From: an uncultured Acidobacteriota bacterium
GTDB taxonomy: Bacteria > Acidobacteriota > Thermoanaerobaculia > UBA5066 > DATFVB01
NCBI GenBank assembly: GCA_963813155.1
Contig: CAWEYG010000001.1
Span: 832,001-896,000, forward strand
Length of the DNA: 64,000 nt
Reading direction: 5' to 3'
Below, in pieces: positions 11,573 through 22,392 of this stretch. Numbering within the stretch: position 1 is the stretch's first letter; each line of letters starts with the position of its first letter. A program made the translations under genes and the position numbers. The notes beneath the pieces are model-generated. The model saw nothing but the letters and a program-made list of their open reading frames with translations, was not told the DNA's origin and did no database searches.

Positions 11573-11690
11573 GAATCAGGACGACCCCGACGACCGCGGC
11601 GCCGACCGATTCCCAGCGCAGGTCGGGCTTGGAAAAAACGAGGGCGCCCGCCGCGCCGAGCAGGACCACGAGGAGGCCGACGATTCGCAT
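11544..11690 (-). CDS. Small 48 aa two-helix membrane protein (not in ORF track)
   Basis: MRIVGLLVVLLGAAGALVFSKPDLRWESVGAAVVGVVLILSAKPVSTP; TATGAT -10 box 6 nt upstream; GC-ending codons. Confidence 0.55.
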   Translation of the reverse strand: MRIVGLLVVLLGAAGALVFSKPDLRWESVGAAVVGVVLILSAKPVSTP

Positions 11691-11720
11691 CCCGGCATCA
11701 TAGCCTCGCGCCGGCGCGGA

Positions 11721-12569
11721 TCAGCGGGCGGCCCCGGGGGGCCAGAGCGACAAACTCTGCGAGGCCCGGCGAAAGCGCGCGGGAGAGCGGCCCGCCTCGC
11801 GGCGGAATTCGCGCGTGAAATGGCTCTGGTCGGAGAAACCGGTCGAGAGGGCGATCTCGGCGAGCGATTCTTTTCCCCGGAGCAGCCGACGGGCGGCGTC
11901 GTCGACGCGGCGCGCCCGCAGGAATCCGGCGATCGAACACCCGAAACTCCGGCGGAAGAGGCGCGCGAGGTAGACCGGATGCACGCCGGCGGCCCGGGCG
12001 ATCTCTTCGACGCGAAGCGGGCGGCGAAAATTCTCGCGAATGTATTCGCACGCAGCCCGGATGCGGCGCGCCGCGGCGGAACGGGCGTCGGGAATTCGAA
12101 GGCGCGCTTCCCGCGAAAACTCGAGGCAGAGCTCTTCCGCGCGGAGCGCCAGCGAGGAGTCTCCCGACCGAAACGCGTCGTAGACACCGAACGCGTACGC
12201 AGACAGCGTTCCGACCGTGACGGAAGTCTCCTCGATCCAGTCCGGGGGAAGCCCGCAGAGCCTGTCCACCCCGAGCTCGAGGATGAAGAACCGGACGTCC
12301 GATCGGCCCATCCGGTCTTCGTGCAGCTTCTCCGCGGGCCGGAACACGACGCTCCGGGGCTCGCACTCCAGCTCGCGGCCCGCCGAGACCTCGAGGAACG
12401 AGCCGCTCAGCGTGAAATAGATCGTCGCGAGCCGGTGCGCGTGGAGGGAAACGTGCGTCGCGGCGGGGTGGGCCGACTCCGTCAGGCGGAAGCCTTCCAC
12501 CGACGCCTGACGCACCGTCGCGCCCAGGGTCGGCGACTCCAGCGAGAAACGATTGCCCACGGCTTTCAT
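11721..12569 (-). CDS. AraC family transcriptional regulator
   Basis: Cupin-like N-terminus (HAH) and HTH motif LAEIALSTGFSDQSHFTREFRR. Confidence 0.9.
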   Translation of the reverse strand: MKAVGNRFSLESPTLGATVRQASVEGFRLTESAHPAATHVSLHAHRLATIYFTLSGSFLEVSAGRELECEPRSVVFRPAEKLHEDRMGRSDVRFFILELGVDRLCGLPPDWIEETSVTVGTLSAYAFGVYDAFRSGDSSLALRAEELCLEFSREARLRIPDARSAAARRIRAACEYIRENFRRPLRVEEIARAAGVHPVYLARLFRRSFGCSIAGFLRARRVDDAARRLLRGKESLAEIALSTGFSDQSHFTREFRREAGRSPARFRRASQSLSLWPPGAAR

Positions 12570-12689
12570 GTCCTTCGCCCTATGGCTTTCATGATCCTTC
12601 GTCTACAAGACGAAAATCCAGCCCCAGGGTTTCATTTCTTCAAGACGCCGGAGACGGCCCCGGCGAGAATCGCGGCCGGCACAGGAGGA

Positions 12690-13802
12690 ATGAACATGAA
12701 AAGGGCTATCGCCAGCGCGGTGCTCGCATCGGCGTTCTCCGTCGGAATCGCGGCGGCTTCGTCGGACGCGCGGGACCCCTATTCGAACAGCTTCGACGTG
12801 CAAAAACTCGCGGAAGGCGTGTACGCGCTCGTCCGCAACTATCCGGCCGGCTTGATGGTCGACGGCAACTGCGTGTTCATCGTCAACGACGACGACGTCG
12901 TCGTCGTCGACGCGCCGGAGGCCTCGCGGGACATGCTCGCGGCGCTGCGGAAGATCACCTCCAAGCCGGTGCGATACGTCGTCAACACCCACTGGCACGA
13001 TGACCACATCACCGGAAACCATATCTACCGCGAGGCGTTCCCCGGGGTTTCGTTCATCGGCCACCGGAGCCTTCGCTACTACCTGCCGACGACGGGGCTC
13101 GTCAACCGGAAACAGATGATCGAAGGAGCTCCCGGCTTCGCCGCGCAGGAGAAGGAAATGCTCGCGAAGAACAAGAGCTTCCTCGGCGGCGAGCTGACCG
13201 ACGAAGAGCGCGCCGGCATGGCAAGCGACCCGAGGCTCGTCGACCGTTACATGGCGGAAGTCCCCGGAGCGGAGATCATTCTCCCCGACATCGCCGTCGA
13301 CGAACGCCTCACCCTGTACCGCGGCAAACGGACGATCGATATCCTGCACCTCCCCGGGCACACGGCGGGGGACCTCGTCGTCCACTTGCCGGCCGAGCAC
13401 ATCGCGATCACGGGAGATCTCGTCGTGTGGCCGATTCCCTTCATCGGGGACCCGCAGTCGCACATTGCCGACTGGGCGGCGAGCCTCAAGGCGATTCGAG
13501 GGCTCCACGCTTCCGCGTACGTGCCCGGCCACGGCCCGGTGATCCGCGACGATTCGTACGTGGCCCTGATGGAAGAGCTGATGACCTTCGTCAGCGCGAA
13601 GGTCCGGGAGTCGGTCTCGCGCGGCGAAACCCTCGAACAGGCGCGAAAGAACACCGACTTGAAGGACCTGCGCCGGCGCTTCGCCGGAGACTCGAAATGG
13701 AAGGGATTCATCTTCGACAACTACGTGACCGGCCCGTCGATCGACGCGGCCTTCCACGAAATGTCGGCGGAAAAAGGAGCGCCCCAACCGGGAAGAACCT
13801 GA
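12690..13802 (+). CDS. Secreted MBL-fold metallo-hydrolase
   Basis: RBS AGGAGG, signal peptide, motifs THWHDDHITGN, GHTAGD, TGDL, VPGHG. Confidence 0.9.
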   Translation: MNMKRAIASAVLASAFSVGIAAASSDARDPYSNSFDVQKLAEGVYALVRNYPAGLMVDGNCVFIVNDDDVVVVDAPEASRDMLAALRKITSKPVRYVVNTHWHDDHITGNHIYREAFPGVSFIGHRSLRYYLPTTGLVNRKQMIEGAPGFAAQEKEMLAKNKSFLGGELTDEERAGMASDPRLVDRYMAEVPGAEIILPDIAVDERLTLYRGKRTIDILHLPGHTAGDLVVHLPAEHIAITGDLVVWPIPFIGDPQSHIADWAASLKAIRGLHASAYVPGHGPVIRDDSYVALMEELMTFVSAKVRESVSRGETLEQARKNTDLKDLRRRFAGDSKWKGFIFDNYVTGPSIDAAFHEMSAEKGAPQPGRT

Positions 13803-13824
13803 CGAATGGCGTAGGATACGCCCA

Positions 13825-15216
13825 ATGTCCCTGGAGCGAACTCTCAAGACGAGGGACCTCGTCCTGTTCAACGTGGCCGCGATCGTCGGCATGCGATGGG
13901 TCGCGCTCGCCGCACACTCCGGCCCCTCTTCGCTGGGTCTCTGGGTGCTCGCCGCCGTCGCGTTCTTCGTCCCCCAGGGTCTCGCCGTGACGGCGCTCTC
14001 CTCGGCGATTCCGGAGGAAGGCGGTCTCTACGTCTGGTCGAGCCGGGCGTTCGGCCCCCGGCAGGGTTTCGTCACCGGCTGGCTGTACTGGACCTCGAAC
14101 ATCCTCTATTTCCCCACGCTGACGCTTTCGACGGTGGTTTTCGCGCTCTACGTCTTCAACCTGCGGTTCGCGGCGCTGGAGAACAACCGCACGTATGCCG
14201 CGGGCGCCTCGCTCATCCTGCTCGCGATCGCGCTCGCGTTCAACATCGTCGGCCTGAAGACGGGCAAGTGGGTGCAGAACATCGGCGGGCTCGCGCAGTG
14301 GCTGCCGTCGGCCGTGCTGCTCGGCGTCGGAATCGTCGCGCTCGCGAGCTCCGGCTCGGCGACCCCGATCCCGGCCGCCGCGCTGCTCCCGTCTCTCGCC
14401 CACCGCGACACGATCATCTTTTTCGCGCAGATCTGTTTCGGGTTCGCGGGCCTCGAGCTCGCGCCGATGATGGCGGGCGAAGTGCAGGACCCGAAGAGGA
14501 CCTTTCCGCGCGCGATCTGGATCTCGGGCCTCACGATCGCCGCGTGCTACATCCTGGGAACGCTTTCGCTGATGTGGGCGCTTCCGTCGTCGAAGGTCTC
14601 GATCATCGCGGGCGTCAACCAGGCGATCGCGCAGGCCGGCGCGGCCCACGGCCTGCCGTGGCTCGGGCCGCCCGTCGCGCTCCTGATGACGATCGCCGGC
14701 CTCGGCGGCCTTGGCGCGTGGCTGATCGGAACGGCTCGGCTGCTCTTCGTGGGCGGCCTCGACCGCTACCTCCCGCCGGTGTTCGGGAAAACGCACCCGA
14801 AGTGGAAGACGCCCTACGTCGCGCTGCTCGTCCAGGCCGGGCTCTCGGCGCTTTTCATCCTCGCCGCGACGCAGGGGTCCACCGTGCACTCGGCGTACCT
14901 CATGCTCGTCGACGCGACGCTCATCGTCTACTTCATTCCGTACCTGTACATGTTCGCCGCCGCGATCCGGCTGCGCCGCTCGATCGCGGAAACGCCCGGC
15001 GCGATCGCAGTGCCCGGCGGGACGGCGGGGAGCTGGCTCGTCAACGGAGTCGGGTTCGCGACGACGCTCCTTGCGATCGTGCTCGCGCTCGTTCCGCCGT
15101 CGGACGAGGCCGGAAAGCTCGGGTTCTTTCTGAAGGTGTTCGGGGGATCGCTCGTGTTCCTCGTCGCGGGTTTCGTGTTCTACGCCTGGGCCGAGAAGCG
15201 CCGCGCGAGAACCTAA
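13825..15216 (+). CDS. APC family amino acid permease
   Basis: About 12 TM segments; motifs PEEGGLYVW and FAGLELAPMMAGE..DPKRTFPRAI. Confidence 0.92.
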   Translation: MSLERTLKTRDLVLFNVAAIVGMRWVALAAHSGPSSLGLWVLAAVAFFVPQGLAVTALSSAIPEEGGLYVWSSRAFGPRQGFVTGWLYWTSNILYFPTLTLSTVVFALYVFNLRFAALENNRTYAAGASLILLAIALAFNIVGLKTGKWVQNIGGLAQWLPSAVLLGVGIVALASSGSATPIPAAALLPSLAHRDTIIFFAQICFGFAGLELAPMMAGEVQDPKRTFPRAIWISGLTIAACYILGTLSLMWALPSSKVSIIAGVNQAIAQAGAAHGLPWLGPPVALLMTIAGLGGLGAWLIGTARLLFVGGLDRYLPPVFGKTHPKWKTPYVALLVQAGLSALFILAATQGSTVHSAYLMLVDATLIVYFIPYLYMFAAAIRLRRSIAETPGAIAVPGGTAGSWLVNGVGFATTLLAIVLALVPPSDEAGKLGFFLKVFGGSLVFLVAGFVFYAWAEKRRART

Positions 15217-15278
15217 CCTCACCTCCGGCCTTCGGCCACCCCCTCTCCAGCTGGAGAGGGGGCCGGGGGGTGAGGTTA
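15214..15278. repeat. REP-like family A hairpin, copy 3; probable bidirectional terminator
   Basis: TAACCTCACC...GGTGAGGTTA fills the gap between convergent genes, and both stop codons are part of the inverted repeat. Confidence 0.8.
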
Positions 15279-16898
15279 CAGGTCCGCGAGCGTCAGCGGC
15301 GCGTCCGCGCCCTTCCACGCCTCTTCGAACCGGCGCTTCACCCACGCCGCGTCGACGTCCTTCTTCTGCGATTCGAGGCTCTTCCACAACCCGAAGAGCG
15401 AGCGGGGATTGCGCGGGTTGCGATCGAGATCGTCGCGAAACGCCTTCTCCGCGTCGGCCGCGCGGCCCGCGCGAAGCAGCGCCGCTCCGAGCGCCTCGCG
15501 GGACGGCGAGATCCAGTCCGGCGGCTCGTCGTACGCGAGCGCGTCCTCCGCTTCGACGGCATTTTTCCAGGCGGCGATCGCGGCGTCGGTCTTGCCCTGC
15601 TTCTCGAGAATCCGCGCGTCCATCGTGGGCCGCATCACGGCGACGAAACGCTGGCCGTCGTTGAGCGTTCCGAGGAGGGCGTCGGGCACGACCTTCGCCG
15701 CCTCCGACTCGAACTCCGCGCGCTCGCGCCCGGCGGCCGCGAGATCGCCCGACATCGCGGCGGCGATTCCGCGGGCGAAGAACGTCTCGGCCCGGGCCAG
15801 GTGAAAGTCCGCGGCGGGCGGCTCCGCCTTTCGCGCCTCGTTCCATTTCGCGAAGCGCAGGTCCACGAGCGCGGGCAACGGCAGGACGTATTCGATGAAC
15901 GGAAGGTCTTTCGCGGCCGGCGTCACGTTGCGGGAGAGCTCTTCGGCCGTCTTGCGGGCCTCCGCGTAGCGGCCGGCCATCGACGCGGCGACGGCCTCGA
16001 AGCCGACGTTGTGGTTGTAGTACATCAGCGGGTACATGCCCGCCGCGCCCGTCGCGGCGATGTACGCGCGATCGACGCCGGCCGCCTTCGCGTTCGTGTC
16101 CGCGGCCGCGGCGTAGTCGCCGGTCCGCATGTACACGTGCGCCGGCATGTGAACGAGGTGGCCGGCTCCCGGCACGAGGGACTCCAGGCGCCGGGCGGAG
16201 ACGAGCGCCCGCTCCGGGTGAGGGGACTGCTCGGTCGCGTGGATGTAGTAGTGGTTCGCGCCGACGTGCTGCGGGTCCCGGCGGAGCACGGACTCGAGCA
16301 TCGAAACGAGCTCTTCCGTTCCGGGCGTCGGGGTCCCGTCGGGGCTCCACAGCTGCCAGGGGTGAAGGTCCATCATCGCCTCCGCGGCGAGCGTCGTCGC
16401 GTCGAGGTCGTCGGGGTACCGGCCCGCGACGTCCTTCATCGCGGCCGCGTAGTCCGCCGCGAGCTTCTTCAGGTCCGCCTTCGGGTCGTCCGAGTAGCGC
16501 TTCGAGAGCGCTTCCACGTACGCCCGCTCGACGGGCGGCGCTTTCGGCGCGAGCGCGAGCGCGCGGGCTTCGGCGGCGAACGCCGCCTTCTCCTTGTCGG
16601 CGTCGACGTCCATGTTGATGTTCGGGCCGAGCGAATAGGCGATTCCCCACAGCGGCATCACCGCCGTGGGATCCAGGCGCGCGGCTTCCTCGAACGAGCG
16701 GATCGCCTCCTCGTGGTTGAACCCGTACACGAGCGTCATGCCCTGGTCGAAAAACTTCTGCGCCTGCTCGCTCGAGGTCGAGATCGGGTGGTGGAGAGAG
16801 CCCAGGCCGGGCAGGAGGCTCGCGGCCGGCGGAGGAGGCTCCCCCGCGGCCAGGCCGGCCCCGGCCAGGACGAGAACGATTCCGAGCGCTCGTTTCAC
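15276..16898 (-). CDS. Secreted TPR-repeat protein
   Basis: Signal peptide; motifs QKFFDQG..YGFNHEEA, GANHYYIH, GHLVHMPAH; helical repeats. Confidence 0.85.
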   Translation of the reverse strand: MKRALGIVLVLAGAGLAAGEPPPPAASLLPGLGSLHHPISTSSEQAQKFFDQGMTLVYGFNHEEAIRSFEEAARLDPTAVMPLWGIAYSLGPNINMDVDADKEKAAFAAEARALALAPKAPPVERAYVEALSKRYSDDPKADLKKLAADYAAAMKDVAGRYPDDLDATTLAAEAMMDLHPWQLWSPDGTPTPGTEELVSMLESVLRRDPQHVGANHYYIHATEQSPHPERALVSARRLESLVPGAGHLVHMPAHVYMRTGDYAAAADTNAKAAGVDRAYIAATGAAGMYPLMYYNHNVGFEAVAASMAGRYAEARKTAEELSRNVTPAAKDLPFIEYVLPLPALVDLRFAKWNEARKAEPPAADFHLARAETFFARGIAAAMSGDLAAAGRERAEFESEAAKVVPDALLGTLNDGQRFVAVMRPTMDARILEKQGKTDAAIAAWKNAVEAEDALAYDEPPDWISPSREALGAALLRAGRAADAEKAFRDDLDRNPRNPRSLFGLWKSLESQKKDVDAAWVKRRFEEAWKGADAPLTLADL

Positions 16899-17004
16899 GG
16901 TTCCTCCTTCGAAAAATCGGGCCGATTATAGGCCCGGCGGGCAGCGAAGATCCTGAGGCCGGGCCGGCCGCGGGGTTTCTGATAAATTCCGTCGGCTGGA
17001 GGTC

Positions 17005-18561
17005 ATGCACTTGAGCTTTCCCGAATTTCGAAACGAGCCCCTGACCGACTTCTCGAAGGACGAAAACCGAAAGGCCTATACCGAAGCGCTCGCGAAGGTT
17101 ACCTCCCGCCTGCCGCTCCGCGGAAAGCTCCGGATCGGCGGAGAGTGGACCGAGAAACCCGAGACTTTTTCGTCGGTCAACCCGTCCCGCAAGAACGAGG
17201 CGATCGGGCATTTCGCGAAGGGCACCCGCGCCGACGCGCTGCGCGCTGTCGACGAGGCGGCCGGCGCGTTCGAAACCTGGAAGAACGCCCCCGCGAAGGA
17301 GCGGTGCGACCTCCTCGTCCGGATCGCGACCATCCTTCGAAACCGCAAGCACGAATTCTCCGCGATGATGACGGTCGAGGCGGGCAAGACGTGGCCCGAG
17401 GCGGACGCCGACACGGCCGAAGCGATCGATTTCTGCGAGTTCTACGCCCGGGAGATGTGGCGCCTCGCGCAGCCCCAGCCCGTCACGCCCGTCCCCGGAG
17501 AGAGGGGCTTCGTCGAGTTCCTTCCGCTCGGCGTCGGCGCCGTGATTCCGCCGTGGAACTTTCCGCTCGCAATCCTCGCCGGAATGACGACGGCGGCGAT
17601 CGTCGCCGGCAACACGGTCGTTCTGAAACCCGCTTCCGACACGGCCGGCATCGCGACGATGTTCGTCGAGGCTGCAGTCGAGGCCGGGACTCCCGCGGGA
17701 GTGCTGAACTTCGTGACCGGGCCGGGGGCCGAAGTCGGCAACGCGCTCGTCGAATCGCCGAAAGTCCGCTTCATCGCGTTCACGGGATCGAAGGCCGTCG
17801 GCCTGGAGATCAACGAGAAGGCCGCGAAGGTCCCGAGCGGGCAGATCTGGATCAAACGCGCGATCCTCGAGATGGGCGGCAAGGACTTCATCCTCGTCGA
17901 CGAGACGGCCGACCTCGAATCCGCCGCGACGGGAGTCGTCGCCGCCGCGTTCGGGTTCCAGGGGCAGAAGTGCTCCGCCTGCTCGCGCCTGATCGCGGTG
18001 GACTCGATCCACGACGAGCTCGTGAAGAAAGTCGTCGAGAAGACGAAAGCGCTGAAACTGGGCGACGCGGCCGACCCCTCTTCCCACGTGGGCCCGGTCA
18101 TCAACGCCGGCGCGCAGAAGAAGATCCTCGAGTACGTCGAGACCGGCAAGAAGGAAGGAAAGCTCCTCGCGGGAGGCGGGCCGGGGCCCGCGGAGGGATT
18201 TTTCGTTCAGCCCACGGTCATCGACGACGTGAAGCCGAACGCGAGGATCGCGAAGGAGGAAATCTTCGGGCCCGTCCTCGCGATCCTCCGCGCGAAGGAC
18301 TTCGACGAGGGCGTGCGCCTCGCGAACGACACCGAGTACGGCCTGACCGGGGCGCTCTACTCGCGCGACGCGAAGCGGATCGAGCGGGGAAAACGCGAGC
18401 TGTTCTGCGGAAACCTCTACATCAATCGCAAGTGCACGGGCGCGCTCGTCGGCGCGCACCCGTTCGGCGGTTTCAACATGTCGGGCACCGACTCGAAGGC
18501 CGGCGGACCGGAGTACCTGTACCTGTTCACGCAGGCCAAAGCGATCGCCGAGAAGATTTAG
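17005..18561 (+). CDS. pruA: L-glutamate gamma-semialdehyde (P5C) dehydrogenase
   Basis: ALDH motifs PWNFP, FTGS, EMGGK, FQGQKCSACSR, EEIFGP, PFGGFNMSGTDSKAGG. Confidence 0.92.
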   Translation: MHLSFPEFRNEPLTDFSKDENRKAYTEALAKVTSRLPLRGKLRIGGEWTEKPETFSSVNPSRKNEAIGHFAKGTRADALRAVDEAAGAFETWKNAPAKERCDLLVRIATILRNRKHEFSAMMTVEAGKTWPEADADTAEAIDFCEFYAREMWRLAQPQPVTPVPGERGFVEFLPLGVGAVIPPWNFPLAILAGMTTAAIVAGNTVVLKPASDTAGIATMFVEAAVEAGTPAGVLNFVTGPGAEVGNALVESPKVRFIAFTGSKAVGLEINEKAAKVPSGQIWIKRAILEMGGKDFILVDETADLESAATGVVAAAFGFQGQKCSACSRLIAVDSIHDELVKKVVEKTKALKLGDAADPSSHVGPVINAGAQKKILEYVETGKKEGKLLAGGGPGPAEGFFVQPTVIDDVKPNARIAKEEIFGPVLAILRAKDFDEGVRLANDTEYGLTGALYSRDAKRIERGKRELFCGNLYINRKCTGALVGAHPFGGFNMSGTDSKAGGPEYLYLFTQAKAIAEKI

Positions 18562-18598
18562 CGCGCAGGGCTCACCGCCGTGAGCCCGCAGCGCTAAA
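18557..18598. terminator. Hairpin after pruA
   Basis: TTTAGCGC..GGGCTCAC-CGCC-GTGAGCCC..GCGCTAAA; lacks a long U-tract. Confidence 0.5.
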
Positions 18599-18662
18599 TC
18601 CCGAGCGGCAGCGAGGGATCTCCCGGGCAGATTCCTTCGTCGCTTCGCTCCTCGGAATGACA
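18599..18662. repeat. REP-like family C element (single copy in the window)
   Basis: ATCCCGAGCGGCAGCGAGGGATCT...GATTCCTTCGTCGCTTCGCTCCTCGGAATGACA resembles widespread GTCATCC..GAGCG..AGCGA..GATCT-type REP elements. Confidence 0.5.
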
Positions 18663-18751
18663 GAGCCTGCGCGGGCGCCGTCTCGCATCGTTCTCGCCGC
18701 GCCTCACCCTCTTCGCCTCGCGTCGGTCTCGACCCGCTTGGTGTTTTTCGC

Positions 18752-19483
18752 CTACTTCGCTTTCTCCGCCATCATCTTCTTGACCATCTCCTCGAACTTC
18801 GCGTACTCGGCGCTGTCGGTGTCGAACGTCATGAACATGTAGTTGCTGTTCGCGAAATCCCACTTCGCGGCGTCGTTGTACGTCTGGCTGGTCGTCACGC
18901 CCTGGCTCCAGGACTTGTGCATCGGATCGGGCAGCGGCGGATTCGAGATCGTCGGGGTGCCGCCGAGGCCGCCCGAGAGCACGTGCGCCGAAAAGCTGCC
19001 GTAGTCGCCGATCTTCACCTTGTGCTCGTTGCCTTCGATCGTGCGGGTGATCGGGACGTACCGGATCTTCATGCGGTCGGCAGGCACGGGCGGGAAGACC
19101 TCCTGCGCGATCTTGACGAGCGCCTCGCGCTGCTTCGGGTCCGCCTTCGAATCGACGTAGAGGTACCCGAAGTTCCAGTTGCCAATCGACTCCATCATGG
19201 TCTTGCCTTCCGGGCTCTGGTCGAATTCCGCCATCGCGAGGCCGTCGAGCCTGACGCCGCCGTAGCTCCCCTTGTCGACGAAGATCGCCTCGGCGCCGCT
19301 GCACGTCATCTTCGTCGGGTGGTTGCCCCACCAGCAGGGACAGGCCCCGTCGCACGAGCACGACTCCTCCACCTGCCCGCTCATCTTCCAGTCAGAAGGA
19401 ACGGCGGGCGAGGAGTCGGCCGCGAGGGCGGGGGTCAGGCCGGCCGCGAGGGCCGCGCACAGGAGCCAGGCAAATCGTTTCAT
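18752..19483 (-). CDS. Secreted DUF1326-like Cys-motif protein
   Basis: Signal peptide MKRFAWLL; motif WKMSGQVEESCSCDGACPCW..PT..TC. Confidence 0.75.
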   Translation of the reverse strand: MKRFAWLLCAALAAGLTPALAADSSPAVPSDWKMSGQVEESCSCDGACPCWWGNHPTKMTCSGAEAIFVDKGSYGGVRLDGLAMAEFDQSPEGKTMMESIGNWNFGYLYVDSKADPKQREALVKIAQEVFPPVPADRMKIRYVPITRTIEGNEHKVKIGDYGSFSAHVLSGGLGGTPTISNPPLPDPMHKSWSQGVTTSQTYNDAAKWDFANSNYMFMTFDTDSAEYAKFEEMVKKMMAEKAK

Positions 19484-19564
19484 CACAGACCTCCTTTTTC
19501 CCAATGATAATTCCCGCGCGAAGGTTTCGCGCCCCTTTCCCCATTTCCCGTAATATTCACGCGT

Positions 19565-19641
19565 CTGCCCGTAGCTCAGTTGGATAGAGCAACGGCCTTC
19601 TAAGCCGTAGGTCGCGCGTTCGAATCGCGCCGGGCAGGCCA
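19565..19641 (+). tRNA. tRNA-Arg(TCT)
   Basis: Acceptor CTGCCCG/CGGGCAG, D-arm TAGCTCAGTTGGATAGAGC, anticodon arm ACGGC-CTTCTAA-GCCGT, T-loop GTTCGAATC, encoded CCA. Confidence 0.97.
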
Positions 19642-19822
19642 ATTTCCCCTTTCTGATCAGCGGAATGCGATCGAGGGGAAATTCTCGGTCCGAATCCGGG
19701 TCAAATCCGGGCTACAGCGAGCCGGGCTCAGCCCGGTCCAGCCCGGTTCCCGACGGGCGAAATGTGAAGGCTCCCGGGGAACCGATTCAAATTCAGAATT
19801 CAAGATCGGTGCGAAGGGAACC

Positions 19823-22233
19823 CTACTTCGGCAGCGTGACGTTGAAATCGATCTTCGCCAGCTGCTCCGGCGCCTTGCCGAGCTTGCGCAGGAACGGCAG
19901 CCAGCGCGGGTCGGCGTGGATCTTGTCGAACAGGTTCTCCGTCACGATGTCGCTGATGCCGGGGTCGCCGTACGCGACCGCCTTGTCGAGCCACGCGAAC
20001 GCCTTGTCCGCCTCGCCGCGGAACGCGTAGACGTAGGCGATGTTGTAGGGCGCATCCTTCTCGTACTTCGCGATCAGCGCGGCGAGCGCAGCGTCGGAGT
20101 CGGCCTTGCGCCCGAGCGCGTGGTACGCCATCGGCAGACCGATCATCTTCCACAGGTCGACCGTCTCCTGCTCGAACTCCGCCAGCGCGCCCTGCGGATC
20201 GCTCTTCAGCAGCAGCGCATTGCCGAGTTGGGCGTGCGCGCCGCCCCGGCCCGGGGCGAGGCTCAGCACGGTACGGCACGACGCGATCGCCGCGTCGAAC
20301 CGGCCGGCCAGCCGCTGGTAGCAACCCAGGTTGAAGAGCGCCTGCACGTTCACCGGATCGCGGCGGACGACGATCTCTTCGAGCGCCAGCGCCTCACCCA
20401 GGCGGCCCAGAGACTGGAGCAGCGAGGCGCTGTTGGTCAGCACGTCCAGATCCGTGGGATCGATCGCCAGTGCACGCTTGAAGTGCTCCGCCGCTCCGGC
20501 GAGGTCGTTGTCGCTGTCTGCGATCCAGCCGAGGTGGGCGTGGGCCGGTGCGTAGTCCGGATCGATCGCGAGTGCCTTCATCGCCGCCTCACGCGCCTGG
20601 GCGAACCCTTCCTTGTTGGGCAGCAGGCCTTGGCCTGTCTCGTTGGCGAGGTTGCGGGCCAGCCCGTCCCACGCCGGGGCGTAGCGTGGATCGATCGCTA
20701 GCACCTTGCGGAACAGCGCGTCGGACTGCTGGAATGCCTCGGCGGTCTTCTGTCGTTCGAGCTGGACGGCCTGCAGGTACAGCGCGTAAGCCTCGGGATC
20801 GGTCGTGCGCGCCTTCGGTGCCGCGCCGAGCAGCGTGACCTTGAGCTGCTTCACCACGTCGGCCGCGATCTCGTCCTGGATCGCAAAGATGTCGGTAAGC
20901 TTTCGGTCGTAGGTCTGCGACCAGAGGTGCGTGTCCGTTCCAGCCTTGATCAACTGCGCCGTGATCCGAACCTCGTTTCCGGCCTTCCTCACCGAGCCTT
21001 CGAGCACGTGCGCCACGTGCAGCGTGCGCGCGATCTCCGGAATCGCGACCTCTTTCCCCTTGAACGAGAACGACGACGTCCGCGCCGTGACCTGGAGCTC
21101 CGGGATCTTCGCGAGCAGGTTCAGAAGTTCTTCGGAGATGCCGTCGGAGAAGGACTCATTCGCTTTGTCGTCGCTCATGTTCACGAACGGCAGCACGGCG
21201 ATCGACTGCTCGGATATGTCGGCCTGGGCTCCCATTCGCCAACCGCCGCGTTTCAAGAGCAAGAGACCGGCGACCACGGCAACGAGAACGCCCGCAGCCG
21301 CAAAGATGGCGATTCGACGGCTGGCCGGAGCCTGAGCAGCCGCCTGCACGCCACTCGCGCTTGAGCTCGCGCTCGTCGAGCCGGAAGCTTCCGAAAGCGC
21401 GAAGACAATGTCCCGGGCGGCCTGAAAGCGATCCTCGGGTTTCTTCTCAAGACAGTGGCGGACGACGTGATCGAGCGCGATCGGGATGTTTCGACCCGAT
21501 TCGGTCAGGTCGGGCGGGTCGTCCCGCATGATCGCCGCCATCGTGTCGCTCGGCGTGTCCCTCTTGAAGGCCCGATGGCCGGAAAGCATCTCGTAGAGGA
21601 CCGCTCCGAAGGAAAAGATGTCGGAGCGGTGATCGACTTCGCGCCCCCGCACCTGCTCGGGCGACATGTATCCCATCGTTCCCATCACGGTGCCGGGCTC
21701 GGTCCCCTTCGACTCTGTCGGCGCGCTCGTCTCGTCCTCGCTCTTGGTCATCTCGGTCCTTTTCGCCAGGCCGAAGTCGAGGATCTTCGACGTGCCCGTC
21801 TTTCGAGACGAAGAGGTTCTCGGGCTTCAGGTCCCGGTGGACGATCCCCTTCTCGTGCGCGGCCGAGAGCCCCTGCGCGACCTGCATCGCAAAATCGACG
21901 AGCCTGCTTCTGCGGGAGCGCTCCGGAGTCGAGCCGGTCGCGAAGTGTCTGGCCCGAGAGCAGCTCCATGACGGCGTAGGCAACGCCGTGATCGGTCCCG
22001 AAATCGAAGATCGAGAGGATGTTCGGGTGCGAGAGCGCGGCGACGGCCTTCGCTTCGCGTTCAAACCGGGCGAGCATGTCCGGGTTCGACGCGACCGCCT
22101 CGGGAAGCACCTTGATCGCGACGTCCCGATCGAGCTTCGAGTCCTTCGCCCGGTACACCTCGCCCATCCCTCCGGCGCCGATCGGCGCAAGAATCTCGTA
22201 GGGACCGAGGCGGGTGCCGGAAGCTAGGCTCAA
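19823..22233 (-). CDS. STK2: Ser/Thr kinase + TM + TolB-N-like domain + TPR; frameshifts ~21905, ~21790, ~21755
   Basis: Joins ORFs 21748-22233, 21447-22190 (HRDLKPEN) and 19823-21751 ([11 protein letters not shown], TPRs). Confidence 0.88.
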
Positions 22234-22392
22234 GATTTCTCCTGTGGTGGTGATTCTATCCTTCCCGCCAGAAGGGCGGTTCTCGGCCGCGACTCGGATC
22301 GAGAAGGCCTCTCAAAACGCCGAGACCGGGGTTTAAAGACGCGATCGGTGGTGAGGGGTTGCGGGTTCGCCCGCGAACGTTGGCTGGGTAGG

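Noticed and set aside
12690-13802. MBL protein and Vgb-like proteins as antibiotic resistance genes
   Set aside because: Only fold-level motifs are visible, and these superfamilies are functionally broad.
13708-18459. Very long antisense or alternative-frame ORFs (1583 aa, 1011 aa; also 1040 aa at 40673 and 798 aa at 52200)
   Set aside because: Arg/Pro/Gly-rich shadows of real genes, expected in high-GC DNA with few stop codons.
19484-19642. N-terminal extension of the DUF1326 ORF (MACPARFERATYGLEGRC...)
   Set aside because: It is the antisense of the tRNA; the real start is at 19483 after a GGAGG RBS.
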